A DNA stretch of 64,000 nt from a virus. The stretch is taken from the IMG/VR virus record IMGVR_UViG_3300013104_000022, positions 31,259 through 95,258 of that record. The stretch is one strand, 5' to 3'. The notes under the pieces were generated by a model. The model was given only the letters and a program-made list of their open reading frames with translations. It was not told where the DNA came from and searched no databases. Numbering within the stretch: the first letter of the stretch is position 1; every line of letters begins with the position of its first letter. Positions 19,365-31,700 of this stretch are shown here, in pieces. The position numbers and the translations under genes were made by a program.

Positions 19365-20417
19365 TTAAGAGGTCTGTGTGACGTTGTTAGCCACGATGAA
19401 CTGCTCAGGGCGAGTAACGATAGGAACAAGGTTCCATTCGAGCAAGTACTGAAGAGCAGAAGGGTCTTCCTGCTTCCAGGTCTTGGCAAACTTACCGGTG
19501 AAGTTCTCCGGAGCCGACTCGTCGGCGGTTGGGCCGATAAGAAGCTCGATAGGACGGTTCTCGGTGAAGTTACCAATGATAACTCGGTTGTCAGGAAGGA
19601 ACATCTGCTCCTGGCCTGGCGTGGTAGGTGCGGAAGTGTAGGAGGCACCGGCTACGTCGTAGACGGACTCGTTGATCTTCCAGTCGAGACCCATGAAGCC
19701 GGGGAGAGTTCCGGAACGGAAGTACTCGTCCTTGGCACGGTCGCTTAGCAAGGTGGCGGAACCTGCGGAGGCACCGTTACCCGCGAAAGCGTTGTAGATG
19801 TAGGTCAGAGTCTTCTCGGTGGTGTAGGCCTCGGTAGCCTCAACACGACCGTCACGACGGATGAGACGCTTCCACGCCTGGATGTCGTTCATGATCTGAC
19901 CAGGGGTAGCGGTCGCCCACGAAGTACCAGGGTTTACCTTGTGAGAAGGTAGGTACTTGTAGTCGATCTCAACCTGGACATCAGGGAAATCTAGCTTAAG
20001 GCCACCACCAACGGCAGACCATAGCATCCACTCGGCAAAGTTGTCGAAGCGGGTGTTGAGGTCACCGATTTCACGGGTGATTGCGGCCTCAGCCTGGGTC
20101 TTAGCGAGTTCAGAAGTGTTGTTAGCGAACTGACGAATCCAGTGAAGGGTCGTAGGTTCGAAAACCTTCTTTTCACGTAGGTAGACGAAGCTTGCGCTTT
20201 CCTTCGAGCGGCCAAGACGAGGCACGATGTGTGCTTCAGAGTTTGGCACGTTCGGACGCGCAATGTTTCGGCTACCACGAATTACTTCCCACTCTGCTGT
20301 TGGGAAGGGCCATGGAGTCTGAGGGACACGGTTAAGAAGCTCAAGCTTCTCGGGAGCGGTGAAACGCTCCAACACGCCCCGCAGAACCGTAGGCTGAAGA
20401 ATGCTGAGGTCAGCCAT
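19365..20417 (-). CDS. Major capsid protein (lambda gpE-like, HK97 fold)
   Basis: 350 aa, E(W)M...A..G motif, W...DP...P.....P C-terminus, strong RBS, follows the decoration gene. Confidence 0.9.
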   Translation of the reverse strand: MADLSILQPTVLRGVLERFTAPEKLELLNRVPQTPWPFPTAEWEVIRGSRNIARPNVPNSEAHIVPRLGRSKESASFVYLREKKVFEPTTLHWIRQFANNTSELAKTQAEAAITREIGDLNTRFDNFAEWMLWSAVGGGLKLDFPDVQVEIDYKYLPSHKVNPGTSWATATPGQIMNDIQAWKRLIRRDGRVEATEAYTTEKTLTYIYNAFAGNGASAGSATLLSDRAKDEYFRSGTLPGFMGLDWKINESVYDVAGASYTSAPTTPGQEQMFLPDNRVIIGNFTENRPIELLIGPTADESAPENFTGKFAKTWKQEDPSALQYLLEWNLVPIVTRPEQFIVANNVTQTS

Positions 20418-20429
20418 TTTCTTCTCCTG

Positions 20430-20585
20430 TGGTTAGGCGGTTAATTGTCTCTCAGCGAACCTTGCGGTCCCGACCTGCACCTTACCCTGAGGTAATCACT
20501 CGGTTGGTCTATTTGAGTAGATGGGCTACTCAGGGATGCCTACAAGTTTTGGCTTGTAGGACACCCTCAGCGTCCCGACTATATG
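20430..20585 (-). ncRNA. Structured intergenic RNA / 5' leader of the capsid gene
   Basis: Stems CCUACAAG/CUUGUAGG, UGAGUAG/CUACUCA and GGACC-GCAA-GGUUC (GNRA loop); GUCGGGAC..GCUGAG occurs twice. Confidence 0.55.
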
Positions 20586-20589
20586 AAGA

Positions 20590-20982
20590 TTAGAAGCGGA
20601 AGAACTTCGCTACTGTGTCTACCTTGGCACCAAGGACGTTCGTGAGAGTCACGCCCGAGTTAGCGGCAGAAACAGCGTCAAGCTTTACCAAACCTGCGTA
20701 CAGGATGTTGGCGTGCCAGACGGAGGTTGTTCCGGGAACACCTGTGTCAGTTGTCTTACGAAGAACACCCTTGACGTTAGCGGCGGTCGTCGTCTTGACG
20801 TACTGCTTGGTCGTGGCATCCTGATCGAGGAAAGTACCAGCTAGGAGGACTCCCTGACCCGGCTTCAACGTAACGCCCTTCTGGACGTAGTTGTGCATCG
20901 AGTAGAGGATTTCCTCATCTACAACGTTTTCACCAACGTTGTAGCTACCTGCTGGCATCGAGTTACCAATGTAGCCTACCAT
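20590..20982 (-). CDS. Head decoration protein (gpD-like)
   Basis: GVTLKPGQGVLLAGT motif, 130 aa, between scaffold and capsid genes. Confidence 0.75.
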   Translation of the reverse strand: MVGYIGNSMPAGSYNVGENVVDEEILYSMHNYVQKGVTLKPGQGVLLAGTFLDQDATTKQYVKTTTAANVKGVLRKTTDTGVPGTTSVWHANILYAGLVKLDAVSAANSGVTLTNVLGAKVDTVAKFFRF

Positions 20983-21015
20983 TTTGACTATCTCCTGTCG
21001 GTTCGCTGTGGGGGC

Positions 21016-21531
21016 TTAAGAGCGAATGAATCGCTTGGCGGCGGGGGAAGAGGAGAGACGTGCAATCTCGTCCTCTGTAGTGACCTTGTTGCTACCCTCG
21101 TCCTCAGTGTCAACACCCTGCTCATTCGAGAGCTTGACAATAGGAGCGTCAGGAAGAAGCTTCTTGAATAGTTCCTCATTGCTGAGTCGTAGTTCAAGCA
21201 TGGCGTCTCGTCGGCCTGGCTCAATGTGTCCGGTAGTAACAAGACCATCGATCTCAGCGGCGGCGGCGGCTTCGATGCTATCCTTATTGATTTGATCAAT
21301 CTTGTTGGATAGTTCTACGTTCTCAGAAACTACGGCGGCAACAGCCTTGACGAATTCCTCAGGAGTAGGCTCCTTGCTCGAAAGCTTGAGAACATCGGTA
21401 GCGATAAGTTCGTCAGCAATCTTGGCAGAAAGAGCAACCTGTGGCTCAAGGTCTGCTACACGAGTCTGTAGAGCGCGCACGTCGATGCCGTGATCGTCCT
21501 TTAGCTCTGTGAGCATTTCATCCAAAGTCAT
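21016..21531 (-). CDS. Nested scaffolding protein (internal start, 171 aa)
   Basis: In-frame ATG at 21531 (MTLDEML), GAGGAG RBS at 21538-21543, late promoter copy at 21585-21594. Confidence 0.7.
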   Translation of the reverse strand: MTLDEMLTELKDDHGIDVRALQTRVADLEPQVALSAKIADELIATDVLKLSSKEPTPEEFVKAVAAVVSENVELSNKIDQINKDSIEAAAAAEIDGLVTTGHIEPGRRDAMLELRLSNEELFKKLLPDAPIVKLSNEQGVDTEDEGSNKVTTEDEIARLSSSPAAKRFIRS

Positions 21532-22131
21532 TTCAGACTCCTCAGTCTTTTCGTCCTGTGTGCTTAGTAGCACTGGCTTACCATTACTATCGTCCGAAAT
21601 GTTAGAGGCCGCAATAACTTCCTCAAAGGACTCTAGATTTAGAACATGTGGTCGGTTTGTCACTGCAACGTGGCAGAGAGTAGGACCGTAGAAATTGCCG
21701 TCACGGTGGTCACGGTAGTTAAGAGAAAGCATGGCAGAAGCACCGATGTACGTCTTGCCGAACTTGTCTGCTTGCTCTCGTGCATCGATGTAGGCGTATA
21801 GAGAGTCGCCCTCGTGAGAGAGGCCTACAACCTCACCACGGTTGTAGTCGGGGTCTTCGGTGTGCTGGTTGTCAGCATCGACCTTAGTAACCTGAACAAT
21901 GTCACAAACCGTGTTGTTGAAGTTTGTAACCATGGTGTCCATCATGTTGTCATCGACATCGATGAAATTACCGTTGGCACCGGGGTAGTAGAATGGACCC
22001 TTCTTCAGAATTTGCTTCTTGAAGAGCTTTCCTTGTACCTTCTTGATTACGGGAGTAGACGCTTTGGCGGATAGACCGACAAAGCCAGAGTAGTCATCCC
22101 CTTGGGGGATAATAACAATCTTGTTTCCCAT
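21016..22131 (-). CDS. Capsid maturation protease/scaffold fusion (Mu gpI-like)
   Basis: ASAMLSLNY...GPTLCHVAVTNRPHV motif and coiled-coil acidic C-half; the second ATG (22131) fits a leaderless start after the late promoter. Confidence 0.8.
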   Translation of the reverse strand: MGNKIVIIPQGDDYSGFVGLSAKASTPVIKKVQGKLFKKQILKKGPFYYPGANGNFIDVDDNMMDTMVTNFNNTVCDIVQVTKVDADNQHTEDPDYNRGEVVGLSHEGDSLYAYIDAREQADKFGKTYIGASAMLSLNYRDHRDGNFYGPTLCHVAVTNRPHVLNLESFEEVIAASNISDDSNGKPVLLSTQDEKTEESEMTLDEMLTELKDDHGIDVRALQTRVADLEPQVALSAKIADELIATDVLKLSSKEPTPEEFVKAVAAVVSENVELSNKIDQINKDSIEAAAAAEIDGLVTTGHIEPGRRDAMLELRLSNEELFKKLLPDAPIVKLSNEQGVDTEDEGSNKVTTEDEIARLSSSPAAKRFIRS

Positions 22132-22138
22132 ACCCATA

Positions 22139-22417
22139 CTATCGTCCCATCTCTTCGGTAACGTATTCGTCTCTGTAGTCGTCCAGGACGGCCTTCAGAG
22201 ACCTGTCTGAAGTGACACCTTCCCACCACTCACGGAAGTTCGTGTAATGCGTGAGCTTGTCCACGAAGGACGCCCAAGTGACGTTCTCTGACTTGGTGTC
22301 GATCAGGCTTTGGGCTTGGGGCTTGAATTCTTCTTTTAGGTAGACGCTTCTACCCATCTTGTCCCAAATGCCTACTGGCTCTCCGTTGACACTTCGGTGC
22401 AATAGATAAAGTGACAT
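22139..22417 (-). CDS. Hypothetical 92 aa, downstream of the giant gene
   Basis: RBS GGAGGA; tightly coupled to neighbours. Confidence 0.7.
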   Translation of the reverse strand: MSLYLLHRSVNGEPVGIWDKMGRSVYLKEEFKPQAQSLIDTKSENVTWASFVDKLTHYTNFREWWEGVTSDRSLKAVLDDYRDEYVTEEMGR

Positions 22418-22418
22418 C

Positions 22419-22709
22419 TTAGTCCTCCAACTGAGGTCTGAGAGTATCCCACTGCGTCTCTGAAGCGGGTCGGATAAATACTTCTAGATCATTTTCGACT
22501 CTAACGAACCAACCGTTGTCGTCCTCACGAACCTCCTTGAAGTCAAGGGAAAACGCCTTGTTGGCGTGCGCCCACGCAGTACCAACAAGGTCGTCGTCCT
22601 CATCGAACTCAAAGGGTCCGATCAATACGGCCCGTTCGTTATCTCCATTTGGAATATACCAAGCCCCAAAGGGGAAGGTTTGTTCCACTAGCTCCTGCGT
22701 TACTTCCAT
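22419..22709 (-). CDS. Hypothetical acidic 96 aa, overlapping the giant gene stop
   Basis: Start overlaps the 3' end of the giant ORF. Confidence 0.7.
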   Translation of the reverse strand: MEVTQELVEQTFPFGAWYIPNGDNERAVLIGPFEFDEDDDLVGTAWAHANKAFSLDFKEVREDDNGWFVRVENDLEVFIRPASETQWDTLRPQLED

Positions 22710-25700
22710 GATGCCTTCACCTTTGTGATTGCTTGCTCAAGGTTCTGGCGCATAACTAGACGGTCTTCGACCGGAAGTCCGCGAATCTTCTCCCACCCCA
22801 GTGCCTTGAGTCGCTGGATAGCCTCGTTACGCTTCTCGGCCTTGTCGAAGACCATTAGCTCGATGTAATCGAGGATAGATAGAGTGTCCTTGATCATGAC
22901 CTCGTTGGTGGAGTCGGTCATGTTCAAGAGCTTCTTGGGATCGTAATTCGAGTTCTGCATAGCATCCGTCGCACCGAAGTTATCACTCTCGTACCCGTAG
23001 GTGTCGTTGTGAAGCAATACCTCAGGGCTGAGGAAGACGGTGTGTTTTCCCTTGTTGAGGTTACCCATGCTGGTCAGAGCGTTATTGCCCTTGGTGACGC
23101 GGGAGAAGACGTAATCCGCCCCTCCTCGGTTCTGATCCTCCGACTGAGAAGCCCCCGTGTGAGGTGCCATGCGGCTTCTTACCTCAGTGGAGAGGAGTCC
23201 ACCTGAGGTGATGTACCTCAGAATCGCGTCGTCCTTACCCTTTGCGGCAACTGCGAGCAAAGTACCCTGCTTCTGAAGCTCTTCAAGCTCGACATCGATT
23301 CTCTCCCAGTAGGCGTGACCGGTGTTGAGGGAACCGTCATTGAGGTTCATGTGCTGGTACTTAGGAAGGTGTCGATCCTCGCTGAGGAACTTGGCAACGT
23401 GATCCGTTCCCCAGGTCTCATTAGCGAGATTTCGGTAGAAGGAAAGCTCTTCCTCAGGGAAAGCCATGGCGATAGCCTCACCGGTGTCATGAATTCCGAC
23501 ACCGTAGTTGCTCTTTCCGAGCTTCTGAGCGCCTTCCTTGGCCTTCTTCATGACCTTCTCGCGAGCCGCAGAAATCTTGCTTCCTCCCGCGCCACTCGCT
23601 ACTACACGGTGGAACATCGAGCGCCAGTACAGAACCTCGGGGTCTTCCGCTCCCGACATGTCCACGTCAAGGGTCGCTAGGTACTCCTCGATGCGTGCGA
23701 GGGACGCCTGGTGGTCGTCTCCTGCCGTCTGGAAGAAGAGCTTGTTGTTCTGAGATTCGAAGGCGTTGGTGTAATCGTAGTTTCGGAAAGCGATGACCTC
23801 TCCGGTAGGAAGAGTCATCTCAAACTGGCTTCCAGTCTGAGCCTTGGTGGTCTTTCCTCCGTCTTGCTTAAAGACACCACTCTGAGACAGTTCTCCGGAA
23901 GCTACGTGAGAAGCTACAAGCTTGACCTTGACAGGAGACACAGGCTCATCGACCGAGACTCCTTCAGCCGTCCATCCGCCCTTGAGAGCCTTGGCATCGT
24001 CAGGAAGCGAGTTGACGATAGAGGTCTTCAGTCCGCCCTTCGTGGACACGTAGACGAACTTCTCGTTGTTCAACTGCTTGTACTGCTCGCCCTTCTTGGG
24101 GTTAGTGTAAGTCACAAACTTGCCATTAAGAGGCGTCACTGTGTACTGCGTGAAGTCCGCCTTGTTCGTAGGCGTGTCGTTTTCCTTGGCCTTGTTGACC
24201 TTCTCGATCTGACCCTTGTAGTGCAGGAGAGCCATGTGGTACTGCGAGACGTAGTTCGCGGGAACGATGTTTCCTGAAGGGAACTTCACGTCTTCAGAAG
24301 AGTCCAGAAGCTCCGGAGTGTAGAACTCAAGGTCACTGTCAACCTTCTTGGCATTTTCGTCAAACGCCGCCCATACGGCAGGGTCGAAGTTCTTGTTGTC
24401 AGGAGAGAGGTTGATGTTCTTCGTCAGGTTCTTTCCCGCCGCGCTGATTGCCGACTTCAAGGCCTTGGTGTCAGGGAAGCTAGAGGCGTTGCTGTCGGTA
24501 GAAACAGTAACCTTCTTACTACTTCCCTGTGTGAGGGACTGAAGGGTCTGTCCCAACTGCTTACCGAGGAACTTACCAATCTTCAAGGAACCCTTGACTA
24601 CTTCCTTGTCGGAAGTGTCCGTCTCCGTCCACACGAGGGAGCTACCGCCGACGATACTGCCGGAAGAGTGCAGAGCGGAGTTACCGAAGACCTTGGTAGC
24701 CAAAGCCTTCTCTACGGTGCTTTCTTCCTGCCAGCCCGAGGTGTGGCCCGGAATGGCTTCCTTAGGCATCTCAGGCTTATCCCAGCCCGCCGCCTCGAAG
24801 ACAGCATCGTACATCGCCTGAACCTTCTCAGGGATGTCTGCCTTGTATTCAAGAACTCTTTCGACAAGCTCATCGGAGTTGTTCGGAACCTTGTCGAGAA
24901 CGTCCTTACCCGCAAAGTAGTGGTAATCCTTGTAGCCCCACTTGTTAGCGGGACGGTTCTTGACACCCTCACGGACAAGCTCAGATACCTGCTCGTCGCT
25001 CATACGGTTGATACGACGTGCGGCCTTCATAGCTCCCAGGTAGGCCTCGCGAGCCTGTTCTGGGGTGAAGTCACCCTTACGCATACGGTCGATCATCACC
25101 GCGTATACAAGGTTGTCCGAAGACAGCATGTTATACGACATGTGAGAGTTCTTGGGGTCAGGAGCTAGACCCTCGTATGTACCGTACGCGAGGAAGGCAC
25201 GTCCCTTGTCGATACCGACGACATTTCCGTCCTTGTCGAGCATAAGGTTACGGTGGTGCGTGTCGTCGTTCTGAAGGAAGTAGTCAAGAACCTGATGACC
25301 GGCCACCTGAGCCAGTTGCGTGTCCGTCAGAGTCGTGAGGTCGATACCAGAGAAGTCGCCCTGGTTTTCGATGAACTTCTGAATCTGACCGGTGTCCTCG
25401 CCAACCTGACCGATGGACGACTCAGGAACATGGAAGCCAGCGGCGAGACCGAGGTTGTTACCCGCGTTCTCGACCTCGACACGGAACAGTGCCTCGCTAC
25501 CCTTGTTGTGAGCAATCGGCTTGAACACAGCCTTGCGCTCAAACTGGTCGCGGAGAAGCCACGTCGTGTTCTGTCCACCGGCAAGCTTCTTGACCATCGA
25601 GTAGACGGGCTTCAGAAGCTCGGCCTGGTACTCGGCTTCCTTCTCATCGAAGTAGGCCGAAACAAGGTTGAGCTTGTCGTAGGGACCAATTACGTCGTAG

Positions 25701-28700
25701 GGGTTCTCGTTAACGTAGGACGAGTAACCGACATGGGAAGCGCCAGTGGTCTTCCAGAAGTTGAGGAAATCCTCATTCTTCTTGTTGTCACCCATCCAGT
25801 CGTGAGCTACTTGGTAGCCCGCGTCTCCCCACGCCTGAGTACCGGGGTACTTAGCGTCATCGAAGAGGTAGTCGTAGCTCTTGGCGGGGACAATGCCCTC
25901 CGTCCATACAGGGGGGTCGGAGAGTTCCGTATCGCCCTGCTGAGCGCGCCAAGCGGCCTTAGCGGACAGAGAGTCCACAAAGGACTTGTTACCGTTCTTG
26001 TGCCACTGCACCCACGAGCGCTTCTCGCTAGCGGAGAGGTGCTGAGGGTTCTGCATTTGAGCCTTGATGAGGTAATTATCAAGCTCGGGGGCAGACCACT
26101 TCTGAGTGTTGAGGGTCGTCCAGCTACCCTCGACTTCTCCACCGGCAGGAACCTCACCCTTGACAGCGGCACCCCAAGTGATCTTGTTGGTGTCCTTGTT
26201 ACCCACGTAACCGGGGTGGAGGTAGCCAGCTACGTGAGGGATACCCTTCTGAGAAGCGCCGGAAACCTCAAGATCATACATTTCCTTGAAGTTACCCTGA
26301 GCGAGGTGCTGACCCCACTGAATCTTGTCGCCCTTGCTCGCAAGGTGCTGACCGATGATGTTTCCGTCACCGAAGAAGCTGGATGCCGTGTTTACCCAGT
26401 CAGTTGCTTCCTTCGCTGAGAAGTCGTAGGTGATGGGGTTAGCCGCGACGAACAAAGGCATTTCAGCCTGTCCGATACCGTCGAACGTGAACAGTTCAGC
26501 GGCATTGGACTCGTGCTCTTCTACATCGATACCGTCCGTGATGTCCTGAGCGTACTTGTGGAAGTACTTACCCATCTGCATCTTGGAATCGTAATCCGAG
26601 AGATCGACGCCCTGATCCTTGAGGAAACGGACGGCAGTATTGTTGTCGATGGTTAGACCGACAAGCTTGAGGGTAGTAGCCTTCCAGTCCTTTACGGGGT
26701 CACTGGTGTTCTTCAGGATGTCTGCAAGTTGCTGTCCCGTAGTGGTTCCACCGAGGAACAGAAGCGATCCGCTGTAGCCCTCAGGAACGATGGACGTAGC
26801 GTACTGATCAAGAAGGGCACCCTGAGCGAACTTCGTCTCTAGGCTCTTCTTCTGAGCGGGAGAAGGGTCACCGTAACCCAGGTGGGTAATGGTGTTGTTG
26901 GCCCAGTACTTCTCGTCGGTGTCGTTGGCCTCTTCAGCCGTCTCGTCGTTAAGCCACTTGCCGTGAGTTTTGGTAAACGTCTTACTAATCGTCTTACCGA
27001 GGCTGTAGTCGTACTTGGAGAATGCATACTGAGCGCCGTCAGGAGCATCATTGAGCCACGAGTTGTTGATCTCGCCGCCGACCTTGACACCCTTGCCTGT
27101 AAGCGGCTTGAACTGAGTGTAGGTTCCGTCCTTGACGACGATCTTCGTGGCCTTACCCGAAGCGGGTAGACCGATGAAGTACTCACCGTCAGGGATGCCC
27201 TCAGCCTTCTTAGCCTTCTTGGGCGCGGGCTTGGTGAGAACAGACTCATTGAGCGAGGGAGCGGCCTCAGAGTCCCCAAGGAACTTGTTCATGCCACCGT
27301 CGTAGTTCTTCTGGACGGCGTTAGGAGTCAGCTTCTTAGGCTTACCGCTCTTGTCCACATACACACCTGAGCCGTCTTCGTTGACGTACATGAAGACCTT
27401 ACCGGTCGTCGTGTACTTACCGGCAGAGACCTTGTTGGTCTCTTCAGGGGTGGCGGATGGAGCCGATAGCTCATCGGTTCCCGACTTGTACATGTACAGC
27501 CCTTCGTCTGCGAGGTTCTTAACGGAGGGGGAGTCGATGGGGTACATCTTCTCTCCCGAGTCGTTATGAACGTACCAGGAGTCGGGGTGCTTTACAAGGT
27601 GAGTGGAATTGTTCTTCTTTAGTACTTTCAGTGCGGTACCGTCAGGGAGTCCTTCGAGAGATTCAGAGTTGACCTTCTCAGGCTTTTCGTGGTATAGGGG
27701 GATGTTCGCGTCGAGGATCGAGGCAGTCGTCATGTTGTAGTTCTTATCGCCATACATGACAGTCCACGAAGAATCGAAGTTCTTTACGAAAGCCCCTTGA
27801 GGGGTCTGGGAATCCCAAAGGGTCTTACCTAGAGGTGCTGTCTCGATGTCGTGAACGGTTGCCTTATTGAGAACAATCTCAAACGTCTCCGGAACAGAGT
27901 CAGGTGTGGTGTTGGGTACCTCTCCAACTTCAAGGTTGGCCGCATAGTGAACCCAGACATCTTCGCCCGAGTACTCAGCGCCAGAAGCGTTAGCCTTCCA
28001 CATGCCGTTTTCCAGCATCGTGAAGGAGTACTTTTCCTGCTTCTCTTCGGTATCAAGTTCTGGGTTAATGAGCTTCGTGCCAGCGGGGGCGGTAGCCAGG
28101 ATAGCGGGGGTTAGCTTATCTCCTACCTTGGTGCTGGAATCGTCAAAAACAACATCTTCGATCTTATCGTCGGCGGGGTCTCCCGCGTCAACGTCAAGAA
28201 CTTCATTCTTCTCTGGCTTGTTGATAGAGATAGCGTCGAGATCGCTCTTTTCAAGTCCCCACACGTCGGGGATGGACTTTACCTGCCAAGCACTAGAAAA
28301 GGTCTGTCCGTCGAGGAGAGCCTTGATATCAGACTGATCATAGATGGTTCCGTTGCTGGATTCCCAGGTGCCTCCGGACAACTTCTTGAAGGAGGTGTTA
28401 CCGGACTCACTACCAATGACTGTACCCAAGGGGTAGTAGTCGAAGGCATTGCTCATGGCCGGGATGGTCTCTCCCGAAGCAATGGACTTGTAGATAGCCT
28501 TACCAAAAACGTTCTTGTCGGGGGCAATCGTGCTGTCTGGCATGACAATGTTGTCTGCCATTTCGGCAATTGAAGGAAGCTTCATCTTGGAAAGCTTCGA
28601 CTCAGATGCTTCCGGAGTAGGCGCGTCAATACCGTCAGCGATAGACGCGAGGTTGTCTACGACAGCCTGATCAGCCTTGTCTTCGATGTCCGCTACGGGA

Positions 28701-31700
28701 TCGTCGTCCCCGAGCACTTCCTTGAGGTGATCGATGAACTTCTGCTTTGTAACAGACTTGTCCTTATTGAACCCAACAATAGGGTTGGGATCGAGCTTAC
28801 CGAGGGCATTGCCCTTCTTGTTTAGCTCGCTCTTGAAGTTCTTACCCTGGAAGCTTTCAAGGATGTTGATAGCGTCCTGGATATCCTCAGCGGTGAAGTC
28901 GCCTCCGTCCCAGCCTTGCACACCGGTCTTCTTGGGTGCCTCCGCGCCGATCTTGTAGACCTTGGTCTGACCGATCTTGACAGCCTTGGCTTCCTGAATT
29001 GATCCATACTTCTTGAGATAAGCGACGAAGGCGGGCTTTGGCTTTAGCTCGGGGAATTCCTTCTGAGCAAGTTCCTTGAGAACTGCCTGGTTCTTGGCAA
29101 TCTTGTTATCAGGAACAGCCTTGAGACCGTAGCTGATCTGGAAGCCAGAGTGGGATTCGAGAGAGTTGAGAGCTTCAACAATCTCTGCCTTTTCGAACTT
29201 TCCTAGAGAGCCGTAGGGGACTTCGAGAAGTTCCTTCTCCCAGTCTGCGAGAATTTCCTCGCCGGGGATTGGTCCCATACCAATGTATGTGGCGGGGATA
29301 CCGTCATGCAGGTTCATCACAAGATCGTCTTGTGGAACAAGAATGTCAAAGCCGGGGGCGCTGTAGTTGAACCAGCTGGACTTTGTGAAGATTACACCCT
29401 TTACGTCATCCGTACCCATGTGTACTTGCGCACCGAGAGGCATGGATGCGAACTCGACATCTGTAGTGATAGGGGTACCCGGCTGAACTACCTCACCTGT
29501 AGCGGGAACGGTGAAGGGAACAGGGTTGTCTCCGACAGGAATGACCGAGTCTACGACAACCTTCTTGCCCTTGAGGTCAGCCTGTGTGATAGGCGCTCCG
29601 GTAGCGGTGTCTACAAGGCCGTTGTCGGAAGGAGCGAACTTCTTACCTCCAACGTCTAGAGACATGTTGGAAGGAAGTTGGGTTACCTCTTCTACGGAAG
29701 ATACATCAAGCTCAGTACCTTCCTTGATACTCTTACCGTCAGCGATACCATCTTCGTTTACGAAATCGTCGGGAGCACCATCGTTCGTCCAGTAGTCGAA
29801 CTGGCTTCCGGGAGCGTTGTAGAGAAGGTCTTCAGTAGACCACTCGTAATCGGTGTCCCCTTCTCTCCACCCGGTCTTAGTTCTCTCAAACTTTAGACTA
29901 GAACCGTCCTTCTGACCGATGATAATGATCTTATCGCCTACGGGTACATCTACGACAGACTGAGGGAAAAAGAGCTTCCAGTCCTTGGGAACGGAAGGGG
30001 GCGTCTTTTCGCCGGTAGTAAGGAAATTCTTGACACCCTTAGGCTCGGCAGGAGCGAGGTCAGCGGTTTCCGCGATGCTCTGCTGAATGCTGTTGTCGAT
30101 TTCCTCTTCGGCCGACATTGGCTCAGCCTTCAGCCAAGCATCCTTGCCTAGAGCGTCTGAAATGCCCGCCTTGAAGTTGTCCGCGTCTTCCCCTTCTAGG
30201 ACTTCCTTCTTGCCCTTTGTGATACCAGAGGTGTTGTGGAAGTATCCGTTGTGGTCGATCCACTGGCCGTTGTTTGTCTTGACAAAGTTCTTAGGAGACT
30301 TGTTAGGGTCGTGATCCACCGCAATAACGGAACCTGCTTCCAGGTCGTCTAGCTCACCGTCCGATAGTCCGTCAACCTTGAGCTTTTCAAGCTTCTCCTT
30401 GGAGAGCTTGGCGTTCTTGGCCTGGATAGCGCTATTGCCCAGAGAATCCGTCACATAGGCCTTGTTACCAAGGTAAATGCTCAAGGTCTCGTCGGATACG
30501 TTGAGGGGAAGAGCACTGTCGGGGTTCCAGGGGTCGCCGTCTCGTCGGAACCAGGAGCCGTTGACCTTCTCGAAAGAGTTGAATTCGTCCGATGTCTTAA
30601 TAAATACGAATTCGCCCTTCTTGAGAGAAGTGAGGTCGCCGTCGAACTTCTTAGCGTTCGGGATTCCCTTGAAATCTGTCTCTCCCTCTACAGGAGCGTC
30701 GGCAGGGTAAATCTGGATGTCGCTGTTCTTCCACCAAGAACCGTACTTGACGGTGCCGTTCTTGTTGGACTTGTACTTTACAGCAACCTTCTTCTTGTTC
30801 TTGGGGTCGGTGCCGATTTCAAGAATCGTACCGCCGCCTACCTCGTCACCCTTCTTGAGGTCACCGATCTTGATCTTGGTGACCTTGGGCTTCTCAGGAG
30901 CGGCCTTGGGCTGAGGAGCCTGAGACATCCAGTCCTCGGTGCTGAAGGACGTAGGCTTGGACGCAAGGTACTCTTCCTTGGAGCGAGGAGCCTTTTCTAG
31001 CTCAGCGGCGTTTCCGCCCTCTTCTGTGAAAGACTGTTCACTCTTCCAGCGCGCGCCGTCGAGGTCTACGAACGGGAAGGGGTCTACGAATGGTGCCTCT
31101 GCGGCCTTGGAAGGGGTCTCAGAGGACTTAGGAGCGCTCTTAGGTGTGGTAGCCGGGGTATCAGTCTTCTCAGCCGCTACCGGAGCCTCAGCGGTCTTGG
31201 ACTTAGCGTTGAGGGGCTTGGTGTCCTCAGGGTCGGGAATGAAGTCAGGAACGTCGTCAGCTTCCACGCTAGCGGGAGTGATCTTCTCCTGATCGCCCTT
31301 CTGACCTTCAGGGGAAATACCGGAAAGCTTGTCCTTGAGGGCAAACATGACTGCTGGGTGCACAGGAGCACCCGTCGCGGAAGTCCAGTTGCCTTCTTCG
31401 GTCTTGGTGAGAATGTCAGGATCAACTTCTTCACCCTTGTCCAGTACAAGCTGATCTCCTGCTTCGTACTGGCTGATCTCGGCGTCGAACTCTTCCTTTG
31501 TCTCGAACTTTCCGAAATCGATCTCCTTCGGAACGCCAACGTCCTGAAGTTCATCATCTTGCTCAGGGGAGGTGGCCTGTAGCTCACCGGAGTCCACCAA
31601 AGGCTGAAGCTTGTCGCTCGTGATGTCAATGTCGAGATCGGCGTGCTTCCAGGTTCCGTCTTCCTGCTTGACGAACTGAGGGGTTAGCTCAGAGTCTCGA

